Part shown: positions 9,857 through 19,755 of the stretch, one piece after another
How positions within the stretch are numbered: the first letter of the stretch is position 1
Layout of the letters: each line of letters starts with the position of its first letter
Assembly (NCBI GenBank): GCA_964635675.1
Contig: CAZWPT010000043.1
Span: forward strand, 14,963 to 78,962
From: an uncultured Nitrososphaerota archaeon
Lineage (GTDB): Archaea > Thermoproteota > EX4484-205 > JAAOZP01
Reading direction: 5' to 3'
DNA length: 64,000 nt
Translations under genes and position numbers: made by a program
Notes under the pieces: model-generated
Told to the model about the DNA's origin: nothing
Seen by the model: only the letters and a program-made list of their open reading frames with translations
The model's database searches: none

Positions 9857-12653
9857 CCGTTATGAAATGGAGCTCAACCACTTCTTCGACACGCACCAAG
9901 ATCCCGATGTTCACCTCCCCATCTATATACCACACGAATACTCTTTTAACTTGATGAACACGGCATATCTCTAGAAGCTTGTTAAGAAACGGCTGGATTT
10001 CAACCCAGTCCTCTTCATAAACGTATCTAGTTTTCCCGTAATGGAAGGAGACGTCAGGGTTGACAGCTGTAGGCACGAGTACTGTTAAGCCTGCTTCCTC
10101 AAACACCTCCACCAGTCTAGCAATCCTTTCCTCCTCACTTTTTTCAGGCGTTGGCGGAGGTATTTCGACTCCGGCGATTTTCGCTAGGAACGCTCTGAAG
10201 CTTTCTTCAACCGTGGAGCCCAGACCTACGTAGTATTCGCCGGTGAAGTCAGCCCCCACGGTCGCAATGGTTCCGAGCTGGGTTACAACACCGCCTCCGG
10301 GAGCCGTGTAAACCGGTATGAAGAAAACATCGTAGTCGCCAATCCTGTAGAAGATCTGGTTTCCCACGCGGGGATTTCGTAGAAGAGTTTTCAACGCGGC
10401 GTAATCCGGGTTTCTTTCCAATGCTTCGTTTATAGCGGTTGGGCCTAAAAGCTTGGTCTCCGCCTCAAGAGGCACCTTGTAGAAAAACATCTCGCCGGTG
10501 TGCGGATAGTCGTTTCTAACCACCATATATCCGGCAAGGTTTTCCCCCAATGCTCCCCTTAGCTCAAGCGACAGTATTCCTATAAACTCCAGTTTTTCGA
10601 ACCCATGGGGCTGGGCCATGATGTAATAAGTGTCTAGACCACTGGGCACGACGAAGAACTCCTTGGCTGCGATGAAGACTGAGGGGTCGGTGACATGGTA
10701 GAAATTGTACATGGAGATCCTCCACTCGAAGAGTTCCTCAGGATACCTGATCTGAGTCTTAAGCCATTCAGGCACATTCGTGGAAACGTATTCGCTGTAA
10801 ACAAGTTTGAATAGTTGGCTGAAATAGTCTTCACCGGTAATTATCAGCCGGATATCCCCATGGTAGATATCAATTAAAGCATACCCCACAAGCCTTCCCA
10901 AGTAGTTTCCACGGCTCCACGGCACTTTCCCAGCGTCTAGAAACACCATGAGGGGCATTATCCAGAAGGTTTGTCTACCATCTGTAACCGGCCACATATC
11001 CACGCGTTGCCCCCCGATTTCATACTGGAAGTAGGGGAAGAGCAGCTGCATGCGTTCATAGACATCCCTGTACCTGAGAACCCTCATCGTTGTCGTAGGA
11101 TATGAAAGGAGAAAATTGGGCTCGAAGAACCAGCTTAGAGGCGGAGAGATGTCTACTCCGCCCTTACCATCGTAGAAGTAGCCCCCTACTTCATCGCTCA
11201 CTGTTCTTCCAACGGGGTATGCGACCCATGTTTTCTGAAACAGCCCTCCCTCTCCATAGTATATTCTCCTCTGTGGAAAGAACTTAGCGGCATCAATGAT
11301 TCTTCCCGTGTGAGCATCAAGCATGAGGAAGCCGTTAGGCACATGCGTGTAAACGAAATGGGTGGCGTACCATCGGTCTTCCTGCCGGACAGTCTGAGGC
11401 AAAATAAGATCCATTGAAGCACTCCAGTAGAGCGTCCCGTTGAAACGGAGGATGTCTGCATCCGCGAAATCTATATAGGGTATCAAACCTATCTCCGGTC
11501 TTAATTTGTCAAATGAGGCTTGCTGGTCCCAGAGGCGTACTTTTTCCAACATCCCCTTATTTTTCTTAACATAGTCATCGATCTGACTGGGATGAATGGA
11601 TGATAAGCCAAACTCATACGGCATCTCTATTATCTTGTCCAGCTCTGCAAGATGCCTGTTCACGGAAATGGCTTGAGAAATATACGGGCCAAGCATCTCA
11701 AGCTTCCTCACGTTCGCAATAGTGTTGTTAAACACGATTATGGAGCCGACGGCTAAAGCGATCATGACCAGAATAAGTGGGCGGAGGTATAGTTGTCGTC
11801 CTCGATACCACGGATACACCCCCATCGCGTCTTTCCTCTTATCCATGAGAGCAAAAACAGCTAGAGCAACACTAGCAATGGCAAGCCCCAAAACCAGGTA
11901 CTTGGTATTATAATCAATGAAGGAAGTGAAGAAGCCGGTAAACATAAACCATGAAAGAAAGACTGCGGCAAGGGCCTGTATAGTCAGCGTAACCCTTCTT
12001 GGGCTGGACATGCTTAAACCCCAGACATAAGTCGAGACTAAGGGCGAAACTATGCGGACAATGTGAGTCGCCGCCACGAGTAGTATTAAGCGCATCCAGA
12101 GGGCGCGGAGCAATGGCGGAGCCAGAAGCGTCAGCATCGGGATTAAAGGTATAACGTTTTCTTCAGCGTAGGCCATATTCATCGGGGGAGTATAGAAGGG
12201 AAGACTGAACAGCCTAGGGAATGCTTCGATATTCGGGTTCCAGCCCATCATGATGGCGTTAACGGCCATGCCGAACGTTATGTTCGCAAAGAAGACCATT
12301 CCGAGCAAAACTTTCGTAACCTGCCAGACTAGAAACTTCAGGGGCCGCATTTTGAAGCCTTCGAAGTCAGGCAATACTGGAGGAGCAGTTTCACCTACAC
12401 TTAACGAACGTATTAGCTTAATCGCAAGACTGATGAACCACCAGGTTATTGATCTTCTGTTTTTAAAATCAACCCTAAACAGGGCCAGTGAAGCAAGAAC
12501 AAGCCCGCTCAGCAGGCCGAAGTATAATGGTCTGAAGAATAGTTCTCCGAATTCCGAGAGATTAAGCCAAAAAACTATGATTTCACGCCCGAGAAAAACA
12601 ATTAGAACTGTAATAACAACTAGAATTAAGAGTAGCTGATACATTAAGCGCAT
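9843..12653 (-). CDS. UPF0182 family membrane protein
   Basis: N-terminal TM bundle, 'VRLWD', 'HFVYTH', 'RIYYGE', 'QIRYPEELF', 'YHVTDP..F' motifs. Confidence 0.85.
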   Translation of the reverse strand: MRLMYQLLLILVVITVLIVFLGREIIVFWLNLSEFGELFFRPLYFGLLSGLVLASLALFRVDFKNRRSITWWFISLAIKLIRSLSVGETAPPVLPDFEGFKMRPLKFLVWQVTKVLLGMVFFANITFGMAVNAIMMGWNPNIEAFPRLFSLPFYTPPMNMAYAEENVIPLIPMLTLLAPPLLRALWMRLILLVAATHIVRIVSPLVSTYVWGLSMSSPRRVTLTIQALAAVFLSWFMFTGFFTSFIDYNTKYLVLGLAIASVALAVFALMDKRKDAMGVYPWYRGRQLYLRPLILVMIALAVGSIIVFNNTIANVRKLEMLGPYISQAISVNRHLAELDKIIEMPYEFGLSSIHPSQIDDYVKKNKGMLEKVRLWDQQASFDKLRPEIGLIPYIDFADADILRFNGTLYWSASMDLILPQTVRQEDRWYATHFVYTHVPNGFLMLDAHTGRIIDAAKFFPQRRIYYGEGGLFQKTWVAYPVGRTVSDEVGGYFYDGKGGVDISPPLSWFFEPNFLLSYPTTTMRVLRYRDVYERMQLLFPYFQYEIGGQRVDMWPVTDGRQTFWIMPLMVFLDAGKVPWSRGNYLGRLVGYALIDIYHGDIRLIITGEDYFSQLFKLVYSEYVSTNVPEWLKTQIRYPEELFEWRISMYNFYHVTDPSVFIAAKEFFVVPSGLDTYYIMAQPHGFEKLEFIGILSLELRGALGENLAGYMVVRNDYPHTGEMFFYKVPLEAETKLLGPTAINEALERNPDYAALKTLLRNPRVGNQIFYRIGDYDVFFIPVYTAPGGGVVTQLGTIATVGADFTGEYYVGLGSTVEESFRAFLAKIAGVEIPPPTPEKSEEERIARLVEVFEEAGLTVLVPTAVNPDVSFHYGKTRYVYEEDWVEIQPFLNKLLEICRVHQVKRVFVWYIDGEVNIGILVRVEEVVELHFITVELE

Positions 12654-12798
12654 TTCATACCTTAGAAACGAAACCGGTATTTAAACTTTGGTAGCTAGAG
12701 AAAGGTTACGCGCGCTTCAAGATACTCGAGCTCCTTCTCGGAGGAGGATGCGCCCGGGCGCTCAATACTCTCATCTGCAAATCAGGCGGAATCTTTAT

Positions 12799-13627
12799 CT
12801 AAAACGGTGCGAATACTCCGATGAACACGAGCCAAGCGAGTAGTGTTTTAGCCACTAGGCTTAGAATAATGTAGACTCTTTCGCCGTATAAGTAGTCTTT
12901 CCATCGTCCAACGCCTTTGTATTGAAGAACCATGTTTAAAGCGAAGATGTTGAAAACAATGAAGCATACGAAGAAAATTGCGTAAACAAATGCAGGCGGA
13001 TTCGTGCCCGTAGAAGTGATTGCTGAAACAAAATACGCGAACATTACAATCCATGGGACTCCCGGAAATACACCCGAGAATAAACGGTGTCCAATTCGTT
13101 TTCTCCGTGCTCTGATTTATCAACTCCATTAGATATCCAAACATGATCATCATTGCATTTAGCACAAAGATCATTACAAGTGACCAGAAATCCCAAACTC
13201 CAACAAAGGTTGCAATGAGCACGATCATTATTGAGCTGGAGAAAGCATATTCATACCAGCGGTAGGGGTTCATTCCTTTTTTCAAATTCTCAACATAGTC
13301 TTTGTTTTTTGGATAAGCGATTAAGAAATGGGCTAATGCTGAAATAAGCGGAAAAGAAGCAACCATCGCGTCCAAGTAACTTGCCGTGAAAAGTATTTGA
13401 GGGTTTGGCAAAACCTTGAAGGGCATCTGGCTAATGTCGAACTTCAAGTAGAACGTGTATACGGGTTGATTCCACTCCAATAGAACACCGAGAGACAACA
13501 TTAAAATGCCAGTTATCAGATGCAAAATGCCTGCTGCTATGTTTATACGTTTCAAGTGGCTAAATGAAATTGGCGATTTAGCAATTATCTCCCGTCTCTC
13601 TTTATAGTTCGTAAATAACCTATTCAA
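12799..13627 (-). pseudogene. heliorhodopsin, frameshifted near 13060
   Basis: 'NPYRWYEYAFSSSIMI' and retinal-lysine motif 'GERVYIILSLVAKTLLAW'; the two halves lie in different frames. Confidence 0.9.
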
Positions 13628-13853
13628 GGAAGGGGTTGATATATTTTTTCCGAATTTCTACAAACTTTAGCGCGCGCTCTAGCTTAAACAGGTTTTTGAG
13701 CCGCCTACTCCTAATAGCAAGCTTTTAGTACCGCTTTATCTATGGCTGGTGGAGCTTGAGCGGTGAGACAGCAGCCTACGGCCTCAGCCGGTGTACTCCG
13801 GCATTGGGGCCTAGGAAGCAGAGCATGGTTGGCATATTCGGGTGGTGTTTCAG

Positions 13854-14669
13854 ATGGTGAAATGCGAGGTTTGCGGCGCGGAACTAATTCTGCCTTTCAC
13901 CTGCTCTTACTGTAAGGGTACTTTCTGCTCCTACCATAGGCTTCCTGAATCACACAATTGCCGAATGCTAAACCTGGTGAAGATGCAAAGACAAACATAC
14001 AGCGAGGCCCCCATTATATATAGTGAGACCCCTCCTCCGCCTAGGCGCAGGCTTAGAATATCGAGGATCACCAGTAGGACTGAGGTTACGCACCTGCTGG
14101 TCGCATGGGTTGTTTTAACGGTATGTTTCTCCATCACATATGTCCTCAACCCTAGTTCAATATTGCCGCTTATTCTTATCATCTACCTGATCGTTGTCGG
14201 AACAGGGTTCGTATCGCACGAGCTGGCGCACAAGTTTACTGCCCAGAGATACGGCTACTGGTCTGAATTCAGACTGTGGCCTATGGGGCTTGCCGTTGCT
14301 TTATTCTCATCCCTGCTTACAGCCGGATCTTTTATCTTCGCCGCCCCGGGCGCTACATACGTGGCGCCACGTATACACGCCTATGAATTGCCCCAGACTT
14401 CTGAAAGAAGGCGGATTGGGCTGATGTCTCTAGCAGGCCCTATGTCTAACGTTGCTTGGGCTATCCTGTTCCTCTTCCTAAGTGGACTAAGCGGTCTGCC
14501 GGGTCTAATAGGTACTGTGGGCTTCCAAGTGAACCTGTGGCTAGCAGCATTCAACATGATTCCGTTAGGAGGTTTAGACGGTAGAAAAATTCTGTCGTGG
14601 AGCATTACCGCTTGGGCTGCTGTGGCTGTTCCACTATGGGCTGCACAGGTTTTTCTAATGTTTTTCTGA
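13854..14669 (+). CDS. AN1-type zinc finger fused to M50 (site-2) metalloprotease
   Basis: CEVC..CSYC...CSYHRLPESHNC; HELAH; 'AFNMIPLGGLDG'. Confidence 0.85.
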   Translation: MVKCEVCGAELILPFTCSYCKGTFCSYHRLPESHNCRMLNLVKMQRQTYSEAPIIYSETPPPPRRRLRISRITSRTEVTHLLVAWVVLTVCFSITYVLNPSSILPLILIIYLIVVGTGFVSHELAHKFTAQRYGYWSEFRLWPMGLAVALFSSLLTAGSFIFAAPGATYVAPRIHAYELPQTSERRRIGLMSLAGPMSNVAWAILFLFLSGLSGLPGLIGTVGFQVNLWLAAFNMIPLGGLDGRKILSWSITAWAAVAVPLWAAQVFLMFF

Positions 14670-14801
14670 GCGATGGTAACGCTTTAGCGCGCTCAGCCAC
14701 ATGTTTTCAAGGCTTACACACGTTTCTTATCTAGGAAAATTGGGAACTTGATGTGTAAGATTTTTAACGCATAATGGTGGAGAAACGGGAGTGGCAGAAA
14801 G

Positions 14802-15748
14802 ATGAGTGGGAGGAAAACCATAAGTAGAAACGTTGTTTTCGCATTCCCCCCGCCGCCGCCTCCGGAGCATAAGACGGGAAGGGGGATTCTCATAGGCTTG
14901 GTTGTTTTCATCGTTTTGGAGAATATTCTCCTCGCTCTCTTTCTGATCAATTATTTCAAGCTCTCATCCTCTTACCAGAAGATGGAGGAGGGTTACCAGT
15001 CGCTTTACACAAGCTTCTCAAATCTCAGCTCGGCCTACATGTTCCTGATGGGGAATTACAGTGTTCTCAGGAGGGAACTCGATGTTGAGGCTGTTTTGAA
15101 GATTGGTAATAGCCTCCAATCGTATTATGATGTATTGAGGCAGATTAAGGGGTTGGACGGTACAAAGGAAAGTGCAAACCCGACCAAGGATCAGGTTATT
15201 TTCGCGGCGAGACTTGCGCAGCACGATCTTGGCAACCCATACTTGCCGGATGTGGAGGCCGAATTTGAAAGGATCACTGGGAGGCGGAGCTATGATATTG
15301 CGAGAAGTAAAATCAACGAGGTGCTTCTAATAATCGACTTGAGCGAGTCTGATCCGCCGGTTGTCAAGATTGGAAGGATACTGAACTTCACACGCAGGTA
15401 TATTCACTACGAGTACGAGGTTAACAATGTTTTCCGGGCTCCTGTTGAAACTCTGGGGTTGAGGTCTGGCGACTGCGATGATTATGCGATTCTTGTGCCT
15501 CGCTTTTCGAGGCGGTTGGAATCAACTCAGCCGTGGGATCGTTCAAGAATGCGACTGGAGCCTACCATTACATGGTGCTCGTCCATCTTGAGGAATTGCC
15601 GGGATACAGGTATTGGAGCTTCCCAGACCTGGCGAGATTCGGACTGACCAAGGGGAGATGGATAATAATCGAGCCTCAACTACCACTGGACCGCCAGGGA
15701 GATGAGCAGATTGGAAGGTGGACCCTATTAGCGGCGGCAGAGGTCTGA
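14802..15748 (+). pseudogene. membrane-anchored transglutaminase-like cysteine protease, 1-nt frameshift near 15497
   Basis: TM + coiled coil + 'PVETL..SGDCDDYAIL'; the H/E catalytic segment ('YHYMVLV', 'WIIIEPQ') is in the next frame. Confidence 0.75.
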
Positions 15749-15799
15749 CTCATCCCTGAAGAGAGTGGCACAGCTGACGCTTGCAGCATGTTAGACGTT

Positions 15800-15863
15800 A
15801 AAAAGTACGCTAAGGAATGAGGTGGACTGGCCGGAGGAGATAAGGCGTTTCCTAGAGGAGAAG
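15800..15863 (+). pseudogene. RHH/VapB-type antitoxin fragment
   Basis: 'EVDWPEEIRRFLEEK' resembles archaeal 'VNWSEEIRKFIEEK'; cut at AGCGCGCG. Confidence 0.55.
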
Positions 15864-15871
15864 CGCGCGTT

Positions 15872-15991
15872 TTGCGTTCAGATGCTAATATCTTATTTTT
15901 CTCTATGACTGAGAAAATTTATAAAAAATGTCTCAACAACTATTACATTATGAAGGAAGCGAGGGGAGAAGCTACATCGAAAATTGGTACA
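15872..15991 (+). repeat. diverged copy of the promoter and first ~14 codons of the AAA ATPase (4710-4835)
   Basis: near-identical 'tttctctatgactgagaaaattt...tgtctcaacaactattacattatgaa..agaagctacatcgaa..tggtaca'; both ends abut GCGCGC. Confidence 0.9.
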
Positions 15992-15997
15992 GCGCGC

Positions 15998-16290
15998 AGG
16001 GATCAATTGGTTTTCGATAATTTTCGAAAGACATGGCTCCGGGTGAGGCTAAGGGCCTGGTCGCAACTTTAACCAGGGTTTTCCTAATGGACGGCTTCAA
16101 TGTGATAGGCTGGAGAGATTTGAATCATCCGGCTGTACTCGATTTAGCTGTTGAAAACAATATTGCATTTCTACGATGCCTGCTACATCCTGCGAGCGCA
16201 ACCCTTAGGGTACCACTTTTAACTGAAGACGAGTAATTGAAACAGATCGCAGCTAAGTATACAAAAGTCTTGTCCTGGAAAGAATTCTGA
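15998..16290 (+). pseudogene. PIN/VapC toxin C-terminal fragment
   Basis: 'LDLAVENNIAF(fs)YDACYI...PLLTEDE*LKQIA'; begins at GCGCGC 15992-15997. Confidence 0.65.
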
Positions 16291-16372
16291 ACCGTATTAT
16301 GCCTTATAATTCTATTTCTTCATCCAGCGTTAAGAAAGCTTTTATTAGTGTGTTGGGAAAGGAAAACGCGTA

Positions 16373-17899
16373 ATGAAGCGTTTGGGGCTTGGCGTAGTGA
16401 ACATGCTGTTAACAGCATGTTCCGTTTTCCTTCTCCTCCTTATTCTATCTCCAGTAGAGATGTCTTTCGGAGAGCCTGATGGCGCTTCCACCCGTATCTA
16501 TGTGGATGTGCACGCGCTTCCGGCAGTCACATACGGCGATACTGTTCAGCTGACTGCCTACCTGTACGATTCGAAAAACAATCCTCTTCCACACCAGACA
16601 GTCAGGTTTCTCGTTAACGGAAGCCTGATGGGGACTGCGGTAACAGACTCCTTTGGAAGAGCCGTCTACACTATAGCCTCGATCCTTGACGCCGGAACTT
16701 ATCTTGTTCAAGCAGTCTTCCAGACTACTGAGAATTACAGCGGCTCCGTAGCCCAACCCACTGTTCTACTGGTTCAAAGGATGAAAACTATTGTCGACTT
16801 CACGTATACGTATGGGATGAAAACGGGTGCTGAGACGCTGATATGTGCTGTTCTAAGGGACGGTAGGCAGAACGCTCTGCCGGGCCAGACAATAAGCTTC
16901 TACCTTGACGATGCTCTAATAGGGACCTCTGTCACAGACCAGACTGGAACAGCCTGCATACGATACACTCCGAGAACCGGGGGCACGTATATGCTTAAAG
17001 CAGTGTTTTCAGGCTCTAGAAACTACGAGTGTTCTTCAAGCACCAGCGCTGTTGTAATAACCGGCTTCTCTTTAACGGTATTGACTCCATTCGCCAACGC
17101 GCCAATCGTCAGGATTAACCAGGACCAGTTTACGACCGACGAGTATGGCAGGGTGAAGACTTATGTTAACCCTGGAACATACAGCGTAACGGTTCAAGAA
17201 TACTATAACATGTCTCCCAGCGTTAGAGCACAGTTCATCCAGTGGACTGATGGAACTCAAAAGACATCCATGTCTGTTAATGTTTCATCAGATTTAACGC
17301 TTTCAGCCAAGTATAAGCAGCAATACTTGGTCAGCATTGTTTTTCGAGACGCAGCCGGCATGCGAAACATAGTCCCCGACTCCGTAACGCTAGTAGGCCC
17401 AGACGGTGTTTCCAGAACGCTAACCGGCTATTCGTCGCTGTGGCTGGATGAAGGACGGTGGATAGTGTCCAGCATCCTTTGGCGGGGCGTTTCAGTCGAA
17501 CTGGACGCTTACAGGACTTTCTGGGTTGACTCTCCCACGGAACATGCTTTTCGCTGCGCAATATATGATGTAAGCATAACCGTACAAGACATCCTGGGTT
17601 TTAAGACACCCTGGGCGCGCGTAAGGATGATGCTTCCTAACGGTGATGTTCTCGAGCAGAGCACGGATAGGACTGGTAAGACTATTTTCACCTCCGTCCC
17701 TAGGGGAAGATTCTACGTTTCAGTCACCAGCATGAATATCACAACTTCGTTGGATGGCGACGCCTCGATCAATAATGATTTAACAGTGGTTATTCTAGTG
17801 TCAAACGCCACGCTGATCGTAAGTATTCTGATCATCGTAACTCTAATATGCGTTGCCTACCTAAAAATGAGAAGGAGCAGGGGGCGCGCCAAGCCTTAA
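16373..17899 (+). CDS. surface protein with Ig-like / carboxypeptidase-regulatory-like repeats and C-terminal TM anchor
   Basis: signal peptide, repeated 'LP.QT..F..G...GT.VTD..G.A' units, C-terminal TM and basic tail. Confidence 0.75.
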   Translation: MKRLGLGVVNMLLTACSVFLLLLILSPVEMSFGEPDGASTRIYVDVHALPAVTYGDTVQLTAYLYDSKNNPLPHQTVRFLVNGSLMGTAVTDSFGRAVYTIASILDAGTYLVQAVFQTTENYSGSVAQPTVLLVQRMKTIVDFTYTYGMKTGAETLICAVLRDGRQNALPGQTISFYLDDALIGTSVTDQTGTACIRYTPRTGGTYMLKAVFSGSRNYECSSSTSAVVITGFSLTVLTPFANAPIVRINQDQFTTDEYGRVKTYVNPGTYSVTVQEYYNMSPSVRAQFIQWTDGTQKTSMSVNVSSDLTLSAKYKQQYLVSIVFRDAAGMRNIVPDSVTLVGPDGVSRTLTGYSSLWLDEGRWIVSSILWRGVSVELDAYRTFWVDSPTEHAFRCAIYDVSITVQDILGFKTPWARVRMMLPNGDVLEQSTDRTGKTIFTSVPRGRFYVSVTSMNITTSLDGDASINNDLTVVILVSNATLIVSILIIVTLICVAYLKMRRSRGRAKP

Positions 17900-17932
17900 G
17901 AGAATATGCTGCTTAACAGTTTAGATTATCAT

Positions 17933-17986
17933 CCTGTGTCCAAGTCGGGCCTGCCCGCCTGTGTCCAAGCCGGGCCTGCTCGCCTG
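17933..17986. repeat. 25-bp tandem direct repeat (2 copies + 4 nt)
   Basis: CCTGTGTCCAAGyCGGGCCTGCyCG x2. Confidence 0.8.
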
Positions 17987-17988
17987 CT

Positions 17989-18420
17989 TCATTTCTCCTT
18001 CCTAATTATCCTCCAGCCATCGCTTTCCCTCACTAAACCCATTTTCTTTTTAACCATGTTTCTTTTCACCATTACGCTTTCCAGAAAAGACTCGTCGTAG
18101 TGAACAATTATCCCGTCCTCAAGCACATCGTGCAGGAAAAAGTTAGGCTTTTCTAATTCCTCTAAGAACTCTTCTGGGAAATATCCGACGGCCCTCAGAT
18201 TGCCTACCCTGTAAAGCCCGGATAGGCTCCTCCTCTCGAAAATGTTCTCGGGAAGATTCTCCGCTACTATGCACACATCTATGTCGCTCTCCTCAGTGAA
18301 GTCTCCCCTAGCGTACGAGCCGAAAAGCACGACGAGCCTCGGCTTAAGCTTTTCGACTTGACGTAGAAACTCCCTAACCTTCTCGTAGGCGATGTTCTTA
18401 AGTTTCTCCTTCGGCAACAA
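17989..18420 (-). CDS. minimal nucleotidyltransferase (MNT) antitoxin
   Basis: 'LFGSYARGD...SDIDV'. Confidence 0.9.
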   Translation of the reverse strand: MLPKEKLKNIAYEKVREFLRQVEKLKPRLVVLFGSYARGDFTEESDIDVCIVAENLPENIFERRSLSGLYRVGNLRAVGYFPEEFLEELEKPNFFLHDVLEDGIIVHYDESFLESVMVKRNMVKKKMGLVRESDGWRIIRKEK

Positions 18421-18799
18421 TCTTCTTCGCCCCCTCGAAAATGGATTTCGCTAGGCTTATTGCCTGCTCAGCCTGTAGCCTTGTGAAATATCTCTTGGCG
18501 GGCCCGCTCGCAAAAGCATTGGCATACCTTGTCGGAATATAATACTGGTCCAGTATCTTAGCGTTTTCCTGAAAGGCTTTGAACCGCTCGTCTATCTTAA
18601 TCAGCTCTTCGACCAGGTCGACAAGTGAGTGCGTCCTCCTTTCGACGCCGTAGTGATTTAAAGCCGCCTTGAGAGAAAGCTCAGCCGCCTGTTGCGCGTT
18701 AAAGCATACCTTTGACCATCTTCCGGTTTTAAACAGGTCTAAAGCAGACCCTAGGAAGTCCTCAGCATCCTCGATTAAATCTCTCGCCCTAGTCACCAC
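18398..18799 (-). CDS. HEPN domain protein
   Basis: 'AQQAAELSLKA', 'THSL', 'YIPTRY'; GTG start inferred. Confidence 0.9.
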   Translation of the reverse strand: MVTRARDLIEDAEDFLGSALDLFKTGRWSKVCFNAQQAAELSLKAALNHYGVERRTHSLVDLVEELIKIDERFKAFQENAKILDQYYIPTRYANAFASGPAKRYFTRLQAEQAISLAKSIFEGAKKIVAEGET

Positions 18800-18948
18800 G
18801 ATCAGGAATAAGCCTGCTCTTCGATTTATCTGTTTCCTTCCCCCTTCCAAAAATCGGAGTTTCTTTAGACATTGCATTTTCGCGGATGAGGAAAAGCATG
18901 GAAAGATATTCGTGAACACGGGCCTACGGTGTTTTTAGCCTAGATGGT

Positions 18949-19755
18949 TTATTGCAACGCGGCGTGCTGCTCAGAGGTGGCTTTAATCGGCCATATTAAT
19001 AGAGCCGGGTTCGCCTCGTCAAGTATCTTGGTTACGCTCTTCCTCTCAAGGTCTATTCTGCTTCCTACGGGTCTGCAAGCAAGCATGGTGGAGGCGTTGA
19101 GAGAGTAGGGGACAGCTATAGCCCTCATCGGGTCTATTGAGAGCGTGAAGCGGGGCTCATCTAAACGCGTTTCGAGCATCCTGGAGAGGTGGAGGGTGTA
19201 GCGAAACCTAGCGGCCCTGTGGCTCTCAACCGGGTCATGCTCGTCGAAGAAAGCCCAGTCTCCAGCCTGAAAGTCGAGCACATGGATGTGGAAGCCCCTC
19301 GCGCCGCTGAAAACTATAATTATGTTGCTATAGTTCTCCTCGACGAGTTCGCAGATCCTGACTGTGTACTTCTTAACGATCTCTAGGCACTCGTAGCAGA
19401 CCCATGTCCTGGGGTGCTCGTGGCTATCTATCCCTCTAAACAGGGAGTTGTCAACGTCGACAACATACTCTCCGCCAATAGGGTAGGCATGTCTTGCTTC
19501 GCTCTTCAGCCCAACCCTCTCAGGGAAAAGGTAGTCTAGGACGCTCATGTAGACGCGCGTCGGAGCATACTCGGCGCAGAGCCTCCGCAAAGCCACCAGG
19601 TTTACCCTGTTTCTCAGCGTGTTCAGCTTTACAAGTCTTCCTTCACGAATAGCTATTCTAATGTGCTTCCGGCTCAGCTCCCACGGGAACAATGGGGGCG
19701 GGCTCAGGTTCTCATAGTATTGTTTAACCAGGTCCCGGCGCGTCTGCAATCCCAC
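18949..19755 (-). CDS. stand-alone PriS-like archaeo-eukaryotic primase (AEP) paralog
   Basis: motif I EYVVDVD, Zn knuckle HEH..CYEC, motif II SGARGFH, motif III LDEP..SIDPMR...PYSLN; 268 aa; no priL adjacent. Confidence 0.8.
   Translation of the reverse strand: MGLQTRRDLVKQYYENLSPPPLFPWELSRKHIRIAIREGRLVKLNTLRNRVNLVALRRLCAEYAPTRVYMSVLDYLFPERVGLKSEARHAYPIGGEYVVDVDNSLFRGIDSHEHPRTWVCYECLEIVKKYTVRICELVEENYSNIIIVFSGARGFHIHVLDFQAGDWAFFDEHDPVESHRAARFRYTLHLSRMLETRLDEPRFTLSIDPMRAIAVPYSLNASTMLACRPVGSRIDLERKSVTKILDEANPALLIWPIKATSEQHAALQ

Noticed and set aside
17933-17986. 25-bp tandem repeat as mini-CRISPR or iteron
   Set aside because: No spacer and only two units; a simple duplication.
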